A stretch of 63,998 nt of DNA, counting the filler, from Perkinsus olseni (taxonomy: Eukaryota): NCBI GenBank assembly GCA_013115125.1. It is 4 parts of 4 records of this genome, joined end to end, with 100 filler letters (N's around TTAATTAATTAA, not from the genome) between each part and the next. Parts side by side here need not be neighbours in the genome. Positions count along the whole stretch, not along the records: positions 1 to 16,249 come from JABANN010000681.1; 3 more parts are not named here. One strand, written 5' to 3'. The notes below the pieces were generated by a model. The model had not been told where the DNA came from and did not search any database. It saw only the letters and a program-made list of their open reading frames with translations. Below are positions 1 through 12,229 of the stretch, piece after piece (within the stretch, counting starts at the first letter, position 1; each line of letters begins with the position of its first letter). The position numbers were made by a program, and so were the translations under genes.

Positions 1-75
1 TTGTAGACAATCTCGGACGTGCGCTAAGAGCTATGGCGTGCGCTAGACATGCGCGTGCTGGTGGCATACCACTAG

Positions 76-387
76 TTCCCAGTATATTTGAATGCTACGG
101 TCACCGTGCCTGGTTTCGGTGCAGTTGTCCTGCCTCGTAATGCTGGCAATACTGCGGCTTACACGAGCCCTAGGCCTGGTTACAAACATCATCTAGTATC
201 CACAGTCGCTACGAATGGGTCTGCTGGTAGCGTGTCGGCTGAAGTTCGGATATTCGTGGGTATAGTGTCGGTATCTATCTACCATTGGCATTTCTATTCC
301 GAAATGTCATTCGTGATCAACGGCTCCAAGGAGGGGTTCTCGTTCACCTACGCGAATAAGCTGCCTCTCTTCGATAAGAGGCTGTGA
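76..387 (+). CDS. 3' part of a lineage-specific secreted protein, paralogue of 14619..15419
   Basis: FPVYLNATVTVPGFG...SIYHWH...FSFTYANKLPLFDKRL* aligns with the C-terminal ~100 aa of ORF 14619..15419. Homology stops at an upstream ...CACTAG (in-frame TAG, possible splice acceptor). Confidence 0.7.
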   Translation, partial: FPVYLNATVTVPGFGAVVLPRNAGNTAAYTSPRPGYKHHLVSTVATNGSAGSVSAEVRIFVGIVSVSIYHWHFYSEMSFVINGSKEGFSFTYANKLPLFDKRL

Positions 388-2075
388 GGTCAACATGGTA
401 TTGCTGAGGTGGGATCTGATGCTAACCTTTGCGAGTCCGGAGCTTCGAATCTCCGTCAGTTAATAGTAATTTGATTTTTTATGGTCCTATCCACGGTAGT
501 CTTTTCCCATCATGTCTATGACGCCGAAGATTTATAAACGACGCCTTAATCTCACACCATCATCTATCACACCATTGGCTTCCATCAGTCAGTATCCTCT
601 ACCTCAATGCCCGACTATCGGTCGAACGGGTAGACAACGAATTTCGCTAGATCCTTGAGGATATGTGTTCATCAACGGAGGTTGGGAAATACTAAACCGG
701 GCGATTATCGTTTCGGATTGCATGGATAGCTGTTAGCCACTTCAAGCAGCCGATCACGGTAGGTACCCGCGGGGTGGCTCTCTCTCCGTCCTCATCTTGA
801 ACGTCCACTGACTATCCACCAACTAGGTGCTTATCGTTGAGCCGTGTGGCCGACGTGCACCACCGAACGGATAGCAACTCCAGCTTGAAGCGGGTGGCCC
901 TGTTCGTGTGGCGTTAAACTTCGGAAGGTATAGCCTGTGCCTCTACTTTTGGCGCGAGGCAAATCTTTCTGACAGCCAGTTCCCTTAATTCCTATGCTCA
1001 GGTAGTAGACTAGATATGTTCGCGGTCTCGGAGCATCGAGGTTTCAGTGGGATCCGCAAGCCGGCCGCATCGTCGGGACCACTTGAGTTTTTTGGGCTTT
1101 TGAGTCTTGAGTGGACGAGATGTCTGTCGGAAGTTCCGAGTCGGAACACCAACGGGTCCCGCTGAAAACTAGGATTGGCATCTTCGATATTTAAAGGCCG
1201 AGAGATCGGGGACAGTGTGAGAGCGCTAAGTAGACAATTGAGGCTTTTTTGGTGGCCCGGTCGTTATCGAGCGTGGGATATCTCTAAGGGAACCCCGTTT
1301 GCTCCTGTGGGGCTCTTCCGATACTCCCTACTAGGGAATCCCTAGGTGATTGCGTGAGTGAGTGTTCTTCGAAGGTCGCAGCGGGTTCTCGAGTGGCACT
1401 CCGCCATTTCGAGCAAACTGTATGATTAGGACGGACATGGCTTCGAGTAGATTAATTCTGATGTAATGAATCTGCAAACTATCGAATGCTTCCCGTATTG
1501 CGCCCGCGAAGAGCGACAACGAGCGCGCCGTGCTTATCCAAGCACCTGCTGCTCAAACCAATCTCGTGTCTTGCGCGGCATCATATGAGATGTAGGTATG
1601 CCGGGGACACTGTAAGGTCAGCAACACAATAGAGTTTGTTTAACACAGGTCGCTGCTCGACCGAAACCGATACGAAACCGAACTTTTCGCTTTCGTCAAT
1701 TTCGTTTGCCGGGGCGGCTCCACCAAAGTTGCGGAGGTTGCAGGAAGGCTTGGGGCACTTCGAATGAGGTGTTTCGATCCTCCTGTTCCGCAGCGGATGG
1801 ATATTCTGAACGGCGATGGGATGATACGAGCTCCCCAGTAGTTATTGGGTTGGTTGAGGAGTGCAAGGCGCCAAGTCGGCTTTCTGCCGTTGTGCCGATG
1901 CTGTCGTTCTGGCGACTACTTTATAGATCGTAAGTCAGCAAATTCTCATTCTCGCACGGTCGTTTGCGATATGGGCAAAACAAAGGTTTCGTTGGATTCT
2001 TGAGGGGTTGTGCTCATCAGCTCCGCCAGTGCTGTTTAGAGCTAGGTAGGCCGATTTCAGTTTTGTATCACGTCG

Positions 2076-5000
2076 ATGGCAGCGAATACGGCCGTGAGGC
2101 CGATGAGTGTTGAGTCCTTCGTGGAGTTGCAGAGAAATCTGTTGACTTTAGAGAGGGATGAAGAGGTTTCCCAAACCACAGAAGTACTCAGAAGTTACGC
2201 CAATGCTGAGCTGCAGGTGATCCTACCTATCGCCGATTCGTCGGTCTCGATCCCGCGTCTTCTCGGCCATCGATCAGCCTGATTGGACCACGAGACCGCC
2301 GCATTTCCACTGCTATCTGCGTGCTTCGCTTGTTGCCGCTTGCCACCGTAGTTTCGCGATCTTTGTCGTGGTGCAATTCTCTCTCTGCTTCCCTCAGGAT
2401 CGTGGTGTGGTTATCTTAAAGCTCATCCTCGATTCCGTATCAACCGGACCTTACGGACGTGAGCCCAATCTGCCCTTGCGGTCCGTATATGGGAAATCTG
2501 TTTTCAACAAACTCAGGTGCACTTCTGACTTTCGTGAAGCCCTGCGGCCGCGGCGGTCAGCGAACACCTCTGCCACCCAACAGGTGAGGTGCAGTTCCAA
2601 CTCGAAATGGAGGGGTCTCGTCTCTTGTGCCTTATCTCCGGTCCCAGGACATCACTGAGGGCTCTGCCAGCAGTGCTCCATGCACATTTCTCCTGTTCTT
2701 AGATTCTCATCGGGTGACATAGTCGGCGTCTTCGGCGTTTCGGTTCATCAGGGATTCGCCGGAGATCCGGAAGTTAGCGGCGTTGTAATAAGCGGTCGCT
2801 GTCTGAGAGTTTTGGGCCCTAAGTCATCTAAACTTTCCCGCGGTCGCGCAGTTCGCTCCGCTCCCAGTGCCTTTGAATCGCAGAAAATCATCGGCAGTTG
2901 ATGAGAGATTACAAAATCGATTCTATTGGGAGAAGGCATTTTTCACTGTATAAGCGTGAGTGGCATGTGGCCGGTATGCCAAGCCTGGATGACATTGCTG
3001 CAAGCCAGACTTTTTCCTCTCTCTCAATCGGGCATGAGGTTGCTGTAATCCCTTTCCGTCAACCCGAATTCGGTTTTTTGCAAGTCTCCCATCAACTCCC
3101 GGTGGAATGATTCTCATAACGTTTGGAAGACCTAAATGTGAGCTTTCGAGGCATTCGTTATTCACTTGGACTGTTTACACGCTATTTTCATCAGCTTCCA
3201 CGGTTTGACGTCAAAGAATCCACTCCAAATATCCATTTTCAAGAAGCACATTCTGTGGCACTCCCTGTAGGTTCACTCTGTTGGGCAGTGCTCGGTTGTT
3301 GTGGTAGCTGATGATCCGGAACTGGATGCCGACCGACTACGAGTGGGAGGAGGCGCTCCAACGTACTCTCTCGCCCTTATGGGTAGTAGGGGGCGGGACG
3401 GCGATTGCGACTAATTGTCATGTGATGGTATGAGCCGCGATCAAGCGCGCGGCTCCGCTGACTCACGGGAGTGGATCGGCCAGTGTAGAACTCAACGGAT
3501 GACTGACCCTTTCAGGTAGCGATGTAACCTACAGACGACTCACCAGTGTGCTGGATAAGCTGGAAAAGACGGTAGTAGTTGCGCTCACAACTGCCACACA
3601 AGAGCCCGTGTTGGAGTCTGTACCCGGGGCAAGTCCCTCAGTCTCTTGTTTCACATGAGAGTTCAAGGGCATTTACGTTTGTGCAAAGTGCCCGTGATAA
3701 AGATAGCATGCAGCGACTTGAATCCATTCTTTCAGACTAGCAATCCTATTGTTTCGTGCTGTTTTGGAGAATCTCCGATACCTTCATTGCACCCGAGAGT
3801 CCAAGAAGATCTTCCCCTGGCCTTCGGTGACAGTCTGAACGAGGTGCAGCGTCGAGCGGTCAGGATATGCCTTGATGCATCGCCGTTAGCATTGGTCCAT
3901 GGACCTCCCGGAACTGGCAAGACAACTGTCCTTGTATCCTATATACTCGAGGCGATCCAGGTAACGCGCTCGGCACTCGGTCACCGCCACACGGCATTTG
4001 CGGGCTCTGATGAGGTTTTTAGCTAAATTCTCGGTGAACTGATGTTCGTCAGGCACATCAGAGGCTGCTCGTTTGCGCCCCCTCGAATGTGGCTGTGGAT
4101 AACCTGCTGGAACGTGTCACGTCGGTCGGTGGCGTCTCTAATGTGGTTCGCATAGGACATCCAGCGAGGGTTGGCGAAGGTCTAGAGAGGTGCGTCTATT
4201 TCATACAATTCCCGCGTCGGTGTTCTTGGCTAATTCAAATTGCCACTACGCGTTGACGACGCTTCCTTTTCCGGGCGTTGTCCCGTAGTCATGCAAATTA
4301 CATTTCGTTCTTGCGCGCACCTCTTGACGTCAAGGTCACGGTTGGTACTGAGTGGTGTGCGATAACTCGGGCGTTCTGAGACATCAGGAGAGCTGACGAG
4401 TTCAGCTCTATGCGGACGTTGCTTTCGCACGAATCATCTGTGGCGCGGTGAGCAGAAGCGCCTGGAACAGATGTACCGGCTCCGCGATGGTGATGAATCC
4501 CCGGGCCTTGTACCTGACCCTGGCACAGAAAATATGCACCGCTCTATGCCCGACTAATGTGGGGTCCGCTCGAGATTCATTCTCGATCGAGTTTGGCTTG
4601 TTCTTAGCTCGCCATGCGTATAACCAAATCTACATGACAGAGTGATCTTCTATGCCAGGGTTTCCGCAGATACACGCTGGATGCGAAGCTTGCACAGAAT
4701 GAACAGCAGCAATTGGTGGGGGATATACGCAAGGAAATAGACTCCTGTCTGAAGAAGGGTCGGAAGGCTAAAGACAGGAGTTCGAGGCGAGCGATGCAAG
4801 GAGAAGTGCGAGAGCTCAGAAAAGAGCTCCGGTACTATCAGGGCTCCGCTGATAGGTTCGCAGTTGACTTGTGCGGCATCAAATTGACATACGACGGGTG
4901 GAGGTCTTGTGTTCTATGCGTCGGTGTCGTTACTCGCAATCGGATTGCGGCGATCCTGGGTGTTCCACCTCCAATGCCGCGGAAATACCCACGATAGGAT

Positions 5001-8000
5001 AGTGTGCATTACCCTAATAGCCTATGCTCACATTCTATTCAATGTATCCTTTCCGCTGGATGCAGGGCATACTTCTGGGCGTGACCACCTCTGGCTGCTC
5101 AACTTCTTTCCCTCGTATCACGTGGACTTCAGGTCTCGAGAGCGTCGAGCAGTGTCCGAGGTCATCCATCAATCCAGTGTGGTTTTCGCGACTTGTGCAG
5201 CGGCAGGGGGGAGGACCTTGGCCAGAGCTATGAATGATGGTAGGGGCTGGCTCTTGCGTATGACAATGGAAAGGCCCGGTTACCTCAACGGCGCTTCAAT
5301 GGAGTTGGGCTACGATTCGGCATCTCGTTCAAGAGCAGCTAGCCTTGACGATGACACGCTTCTCGCTCCTAATCCCGCATTACAATTCGCTGCTGTAAGC
5401 TTTCTCCCGGAGACTGAGCAATTCCCTGACTTACTACGGACTTGTAGGTCATGGAGAATCTCCGAGTCGACTTTTCGATGTTGTGGTGATCGACGAGGCG
5501 GCACAGGCTATAGAAGCAGCATGCTGGATCCCTCTCTTGTTGGGGAGGAAAGCGGTGAGCTCGGCCGTAGCACCTTCACCCACCAGGTCTGAGGTTCCTC
5601 CCGCTCAGGTCTTGGCTGGGGACCACAAGCAGTTGGCTGCCACAGTACTTAGTGAGGAAGCCGCCAAGAAAGGTCTCCAAGAGACGTTGTTCGGCCGACT
5701 GATGGCGAGGATGGAAGAGGCCACGAACGAGGAGGGCCGGGAAATGCCTTGTGTGATGCTTTCTACACAGTGAGTGATGCCACTCTCGAATCCATGATGC
5801 TGGGCTAGTTAGTACTCATTGATGATGGATCATGCCACTAGGCTGAGCTATTTCGTGTTCAAGGTACCGAATGAATGAAGTCATAATGGGGTGGAGCAAC
5901 TCTCAGTTCTACGGTGGGCATCTAGTCGCTGCGGAATCGGTGAAGTCCCGCACGCTGCAACAGTTGACGCAGCAGCAAGGTGAGTTCTCGAGCCGCCCGC
6001 TGGCGCTCCCACCTCAGCGGGTCACTGCGCAGGCATTCCAACGAGCAGAATAGAGCAACTCGGCGCTTGGGTGGATCAAGATATGCTATGCCGGCCATTC
6101 ATATGGATCGATACCGCAGGTAGGCGAACTGGCTTCAGACCGCTGTGCTGGTTGAACTTGTGCATGAACACATCTGCTGAGCATTTTTGGCAGGAGTCGA
6201 CTGGATGCATGAAGACGATGTTGGGGAGGAAGAGTCTCGGAGCAACAGTGCCGAAGTGGCTATAGTCGCGAAGTGAGTTTTTGTAAAAGCTTTCCTTGCA
6301 AGTTTTCTTTCCCGAAATGTTTCTTAACAGCCAGATGGGGGAGTATCCCTCCTGGTCACCTCCTGTTCCGTCTCATAACTGGATTGTGCGTCATTTTTAG
6401 GTACATCTCAGTTTTGAGAGCGGCAGGTATCGGTAGAGATCGGACGGCTGTGATAAGTCCATACAATCGGCAAGTGCGCCTCATACGGGAGGCACTCAAG
6501 GATTCTCTTGGAGAGGTGCGTCTCTCGTTCTGATTCTCAGCTTGTACGGTTCACCCGAGCGTCAGGCCATCCCCAAAATTTTCAGACAGACGCGTCCTTC
6601 GTGTCCACTGTGGACTCTTATCAAGGCCAAGAACAGGAAGTCGTCGTTTTGTCATTGGTTAGGTCGAATGACGCAGGTACTGCTGAAAACGAAGCTGCTC
6701 GCGCTGGTTCTCTCGGGATCGTCAGGGTTGTGAGTTCAGCTCGAAATTACTCAGGTGAGGTCGGCTTCCTGAAAGATTACAGGCGACTGAACGTTGCGGT
6801 TACACGCGCGAAGAGGCAGCTAGTGATTGTAGGAGACTCAGAGACAATAGGAGTGGATGAGGTCAGCAACTCGCTCCGGTCATGCACTGCGGCAGAGTGA
6901 GGAGGAGCACCCTTGCAGATATTAGCCACTCTGTACAGCTATGCAGCAGACAGTGGATTCGTCATCCCTGCGTTGAGTGTGGTGGAGGATGTGTCGGAAC
7001 TATCGGAGTATCTGTCGGTCGTGCCGCCGCCTAGAACATCGCACGCGACCGGTGGAAATGGCGAAAAGCATCAGAAGGTGAGACTCTCTACCAACCTTTT
7101 AATTCGATACACCCCATTAGTTTCAAGGGTAGCGTTCTTCCTGTAGGCATCATCATTGAACATTGAGATCGCTTGCACGAGGTTTTGATTTTCTCACGTG
7201 TTGCAGGCGAGAGATGCATCCGATCGTCATAGTGTCAAGAAGGCTGAAGCGCTGATTTCTGAAGATACGAAGGCAACTTCCACTGTGGAAATTGGCGAGA
7301 AACCCATCGCTCGGGTGGACCTGACTATCGAGGAGGTCGATGCCACGCTTGACTCCTTGGCACCAGGCGAGACACATTGCTTCGACAACCTGTTAAGTGC
7401 CGCCTCACGGAGGCTCGTCCACGAGCGTGCTGAGACGAAGGGGTTCAAGCACGGCAGTAGTGGCGATGGCATCACGCGTTACGTCTGGGTCCGAGCAACC
7501 GTACCGGAAGAAGAGCACGTGGATGAGCTTCCGCAGAGAGGCAAGTTCAACTAATTCAGGCTCGCCCTCGCCTGGCGTTTGAGCTCGTCATTCTCAAGGT
7601 AATGAAGCTCAGCTGAAAGGGAGCGAGGAGAAGCGACCTGCAACGCCTGTACATTCGCATAAGCAAGTGAAGAGCGGAGCGCGGCCCAAGTCGAAGAAGC
7701 AACCTAAAGGTTCTTCATCCTCGACCAAGAGCGACAAGCCTCCCAATATTTGTGCTTACGGAGATTGTGAGGACCTTCGAAGATCGCGTTGACCAGCACC
7801 CACGGGTGTTTTGTCTGCCATTCAGGTTCGTCGGTGGTCTCGACGTATGGCCTGCCTTGCAAGTACTGCGAGCAACGATTTTGCTTCTCTCACATACTAG
7901 CAGAAGTTCACGGCTGTGGCGACAAGGCGGCCAAAGCGGCTCGGGTAGGATTTCAGTATCACCCTTTCGAAGGTCACCGAGTTCCCGTCTGCCAGGCAGC

Positions 8001-8160
8001 ATACAAGCGAGATATGACCTCGCATACCCGAGGTCGAGGACTCATCAATCCATCCATCGCAGGGTCCGAGGCGAAGCGTAAAGTCGTTGCCAATAGGCTG
8101 GCCGACAAGATCCGGGAAGCACGGGACAAGCGTCGGGCGAAACCGAAACAGAAAAAGTGA
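2076..8160 (+). CDS. IGHMBP2: IGHMBP2/SMUBP-2-like UPF1-family SF1 helicase with R3H and AN1-type zinc finger (multi-exon)
   Basis: Exons encode [18 protein letters not shown] (Walker A), [55 protein letters not shown] and [11 protein letters not shown]. They also encode an R3H motif ([15 protein letters not shown]) and an AN1 zinc finger ([20 protein letters not shown]). GT-AG introns lie between the blocks. Confidence 0.93.
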
Positions 8161-8303
8161 AATTCGTTTCTATTCATGAAGTCTTGCGTTCACCGCTGCA
8201 GGTTGCGAGAGGCGACTTTGACGCCACAGAGCTCCGTTCTTTCCGCTTGTAGGATCTGTGAATCACAGATCCCGGACTGATCCTATCACAGACTGTGATA
8301 CTA

Positions 8304-10361
8304 ATGCCTTCATTCACACTCGAACGACGGCTAAAAGGTCACACTCAGGTGGTCACTAGCGTACGGTTTAATCACAATGGGAGGTGGGTCTTGATGTCCG
8401 CTAGGTTTCGTTCTACGCAGCTCTACGGCCCTGAAAAGCAACTCCCTGAATTCTCGGCGTCTCAGGTACTGCATGAGCACATCCCAGGATCGCTCAATAC
8501 GCTTATGGAACCCCTCTAGTGCAGCATGCGAGCCCATCAAGACGTACACTGGCCCTCACAATCGTGATGTTAATGACTGCTGTAGGCGATGATTAACGAG
8601 CAGCGGGCCGTGTCCGCCTCAGGTCCCCCATATTTTATGCGCTCTTCTCCGTTGGCCGCTCGGTAGTTATGATTTGTCGCTGTCTTCGAAATCTAAACAT
8701 TATCTCACGATTACTTGCCCGCGCGGAATCTCCGTATCCATGCGAATCTCCAAACCAAAAATAATGCTTGCATGAGAATGTGTGGTGGCTTTGCTACGCC
8801 CGCCCTCTTTGTGGCCTGCTAGCCCGTTGTCACGCGCAGCCAGCCACAGGCCTAACGACACGTGAACTGCTGCGCTTGTGATCGTTTTGGCCTCTCTGCT
8901 CAGGTATGACGGACGACAATGCGAAGTTCGTCTCAGCTGGAGCCGACAAATACGTTTTCCTGTGGGATGTGGCTACAGCGAAGATTATTCGAAGATTCGC
9001 ACGGCACCGCGGGCCGGTGGGTGAGAGCTTTCAGGAGTCCGGTTCCGCGTTCGCTCCAAATCGCTGCTTCCCTCACTGTGGTGTTGTTTGTTGGTTGTAT
9101 TTATATCGCTGTCGTTTTGTGGTTATTTGATGCTTCTGATTTGTTGTTGGCAGGTGAACTGCTGTGACTTCGCGGGGCAGGAACAGAGCGTTCTCTTGAC
9201 TGGGAGCAACGATAAGACTGTAGGAATAACCCCTTATGGCTCCCGGCTCTCGATCAAGGCGTACGCAATAGTGTTCGTTTGTGAGCGGTTTGCCCTCCTA
9301 CGTCGTCAGAAGCCCCCGCCGGTCGCAACCTTTTACTAGTGAGTATACGTAGGTGATGCTATGGGACTGGCGGGCATTCACTAACAACAAGCCGTTGCAG
9401 ACGTTAACGGAGGCATATGATTCTGTCCAGGCCATTAAGGTCATCAACGAGTAAGTCCCGGATGCGTACAGAGCCGTGAGTTCTTTCCTGCTGGTGGCCA
9501 ATTCTTCGTGGCTGCGTTAGGCTGCAGAGCATTTGCGTTGAAGCCTCCACGCCCGGCATTTCAATCTCGAGCTATACTGCAGATACGAAATACTTACTGG
9601 TAGCGTTGATGGCTGCCTTCGACGGTATGATATTCGGTACGGTCGGCTCACGGTTGACGAATTCGATGGCCAGTCGATAAGCTGTATAGCATCAAGTGAG
9701 ACCATTTGTCGCTCTGGAGTCCCCATTCCCCTCACCGAGGATCCGCAGGCTCGGATTCACGGTACCTTCTACTTGGCATGCTCGATAGCGGTATAAGATT
9801 AATCGAGACACAGACAGGCCGAGTCGTTAAAAATTACAAGGGCAAACACGTCAACCGGAGCTACAAAGTTTACTGTGAGTCACTGCGTGAGGTTCGCAAC
9901 GTGAGCTTCGCTGGTTTGCCTGAAGACGAGCTTGTCAGTGGCAAGCGCTTTTCGCGCTACAACGGCTCATTCTCATTCCCTACACATTCCTCATCACCCG
10001 GAAGGTACATTCGATGGCTGCGAGAACCTTGTTCTCACCGGCTCCGAAGCAGGGAGTATGGCGTGGTACGACGTGGCAGATGACGACTCGACGGGTGAGT
10101 CTTGGGAGTGAACGTCGGATTCCGTCGCTCCCATGCTGATCTGTACGGAGCTAGGAATAAAGGGTCTCAAGGGATACTGAGATTTCCCTTCTCGTTCCAG
10201 GTTTCGCTTCTGCCCCCGCCAACAGCGGTGCGGTCCTGTGCGTGCGGGCTTACGAGTCCCAGGTCCTCGCCACCACACAGTCGGGTGAAATCCTCGTATA
10301 TCGTTCTGATTCCCAAGAGTCGGGAGGGGTAGGCCCGGCTAAGCCAAACGTTTCTAATTGA
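8304..10361 (+). CDS. WDR83: WD40 repeat protein, WDR83/MORG1-like (multi-exon)
   Basis: LKGHTQVVTSVRFNHNG, YCMSTSQDRSIRLWNP, DNAKFVSAGADKYVFLWDVATAKIIRRFARH, LLTGSND, ILTGSVDGCLRRYDIR and VKNYKGKHVNRSYK occur in WDR83 order. Confidence 0.85.
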
Positions 10362-10558
10362 GTAACATTCAGCATTGTCGAGTTATTATGCTTGCCCTCC
10401 CCCTTCCCCCCGTATTCGGGACTGAAGGCCGAAATTCAGCCAAGATTGGAGCGCTGTGGGATGGGGTACCGCTCTACCGTGCCCGGGGCGTACCCAGCGC
10501 ACTGATTCAGGGTGTCGGCTAACCGTCATCTCAGCTTTTTTCTTATCACCAGCCAATT

Positions 10559-12229
10559 ATGGATGCAAATTTGGCTGATGCACTAAAATTCGAAGGGACC
10601 AATTTCTTGCTGGTGATGATCGGCGCAGTCGTGAGACAGGTAGAGGTATGAATTTGGTTACAGTGGCTCACTCGGTGAATCGCAGGTCCTGGACGCAATC
10701 CTTCTTGCTCTCTTGCCACTGGGATACATTATATCTCGTGTATGGGCCCGTATGCGGCAGCGAACGGAACCGCCAGGCGTTGTTCTAGTCACAGGAGCAG
10801 GTGGTGAAGGCCTTGGAGCAATGCTTGCTCTACAGTACGGTCCTCTAGCTCGAAGTCGGCCCCTCTACCGTCGTGACAGGTACGCTGGCCCGTCTACCCG
10901 CAAGCTCATTCTCACGGACATTCATCGAGCCTCTCTCGAGCCTGTGGCGGAGGCTTGTCGTGCCAAGGGTGAGCGCTCAAGATCCTTCGCCTGTCTCGTG
11001 CCTCGAGTATACCTGGTACCATAACCACCGTTATCTTAGCGGCTTTTGAACACCGCGCTAGGCGTCGTCGCGTGGCTCAAAAACATGCGGTTCACCCGTG
11101 CAGGCACAGCAGAAGTCGTATTGGTGGAGGCCGACGTATGTGATGAAGCTGCTATGGCGAAAATCGCTGATGATCATCCTGATGTCGATCTAGTCATCGC
11201 GAATGCTGGTAGTTTCCCAGCAAATTTACGTCATGGAGGTGAAGTGTTATCTATCGTTCCAGGGGTCGCGGCCCATACAGTTTCCGGAGCCACCGCTGCA
11301 CAGCCAACGCCTCCTGTAACGGAGTCGTCTGCGAAGCTCCTGAGCATCAACGTCTTGGGTGTTATGAATACGGTAAGAAGGAAAACACTCATGCTTCCCC
11401 GAAGTCCGCTGTCTCCGGCGTTTTTCGACGACTAGCTGCCTTGTACAGAGTCGATTGATTGAATCATAGATACTCCCTTTCGTTGATCCGATGCGCCGAC
11501 GAGGTAGCGGTCACTTGGTTATAATGTCGTCCATGGGTAATGCTCTCACCCAAAACATTCTTAAGAACCTTCTATCAGGGATACCCCTACCTCAGGCTCG
11601 TACCTACCAACCGCCGCATCACCAGAATATCATGCCAGCAAAGCTTGTGTCAGAGTCTACGGAGAGTCCCTGAGGGTCCTTCTACGGGGGACCGGAGTTA
11701 ACGTCACCGTCATCTGCCCTGGATTTGTAAGATCCATAATGACTCATGATGATTGAGAAACACTAGCTGGTGTTCCGTGGGGCTACTGCTACTCCCTCAT
11801 TGAGTCTCGAAGGCGGAATCGTCTCCAGAACCGCCACGGCCCATTCATTGGCACTCCTGGCTCAACCGTGGTGCCGTCTGAAGTTCATTGCAGGTGAAAA
11901 CTCCGATGACAGACCTCGCTGCGTCGCGTCACGTCCATCCACTTCCACTGATGGTATCGGGAGAGGACGCAGCGAGAAAATGCAAGCGAGGAATCGATGC
12001 CAACATGGCCGTGGTTAGCTTCCCCAGCCCTGTAAGTGCCACCGAAGGCGTCATTCCCATAGCCGTGGCCGGCCGAATCGATCGGCATCCTCTCATCCGT
12101 GAGCTCTTTCTCACTCAGCTTCTCTGGATTACTGAGACAGTTATGAGCTGGCCTTCGCCAGTTCGTGAGTTGATCATCCCATGCCCTCCTGGAGCTCAAG
12201 CTTCGAGATTAGCCAGGATCGTGCCGTAG
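10559..12229 (+). CDS. Short-chain dehydrogenase/reductase with N-terminal membrane anchor (multi-exon)
   Basis: VLVTGAGGEGLG (Rossmann fold), DLVIANAG, INVLG, GHLVIMSS, YHASK (YxxxK) and GVNVTVICPGFV. Confidence 0.88.

Noticed and set aside
4190-4668. RNase MRP or C/D snoRNA in an IGHMBP2 intron (GTGATGA..CTGA, GAATCCCC/GGGGT)
   Set aside because: The motifs are too close together, the P4 pairing is poor, and no rRNA guide was recognised.
11741-11808. C/D snoRNA or SECIS in an SDR intron (GACTC-ATGATGA...TTGAGTC)
   Set aside because: No canonical CTGA D box, no recognisable guide, and an intronic position with no Sec codon.
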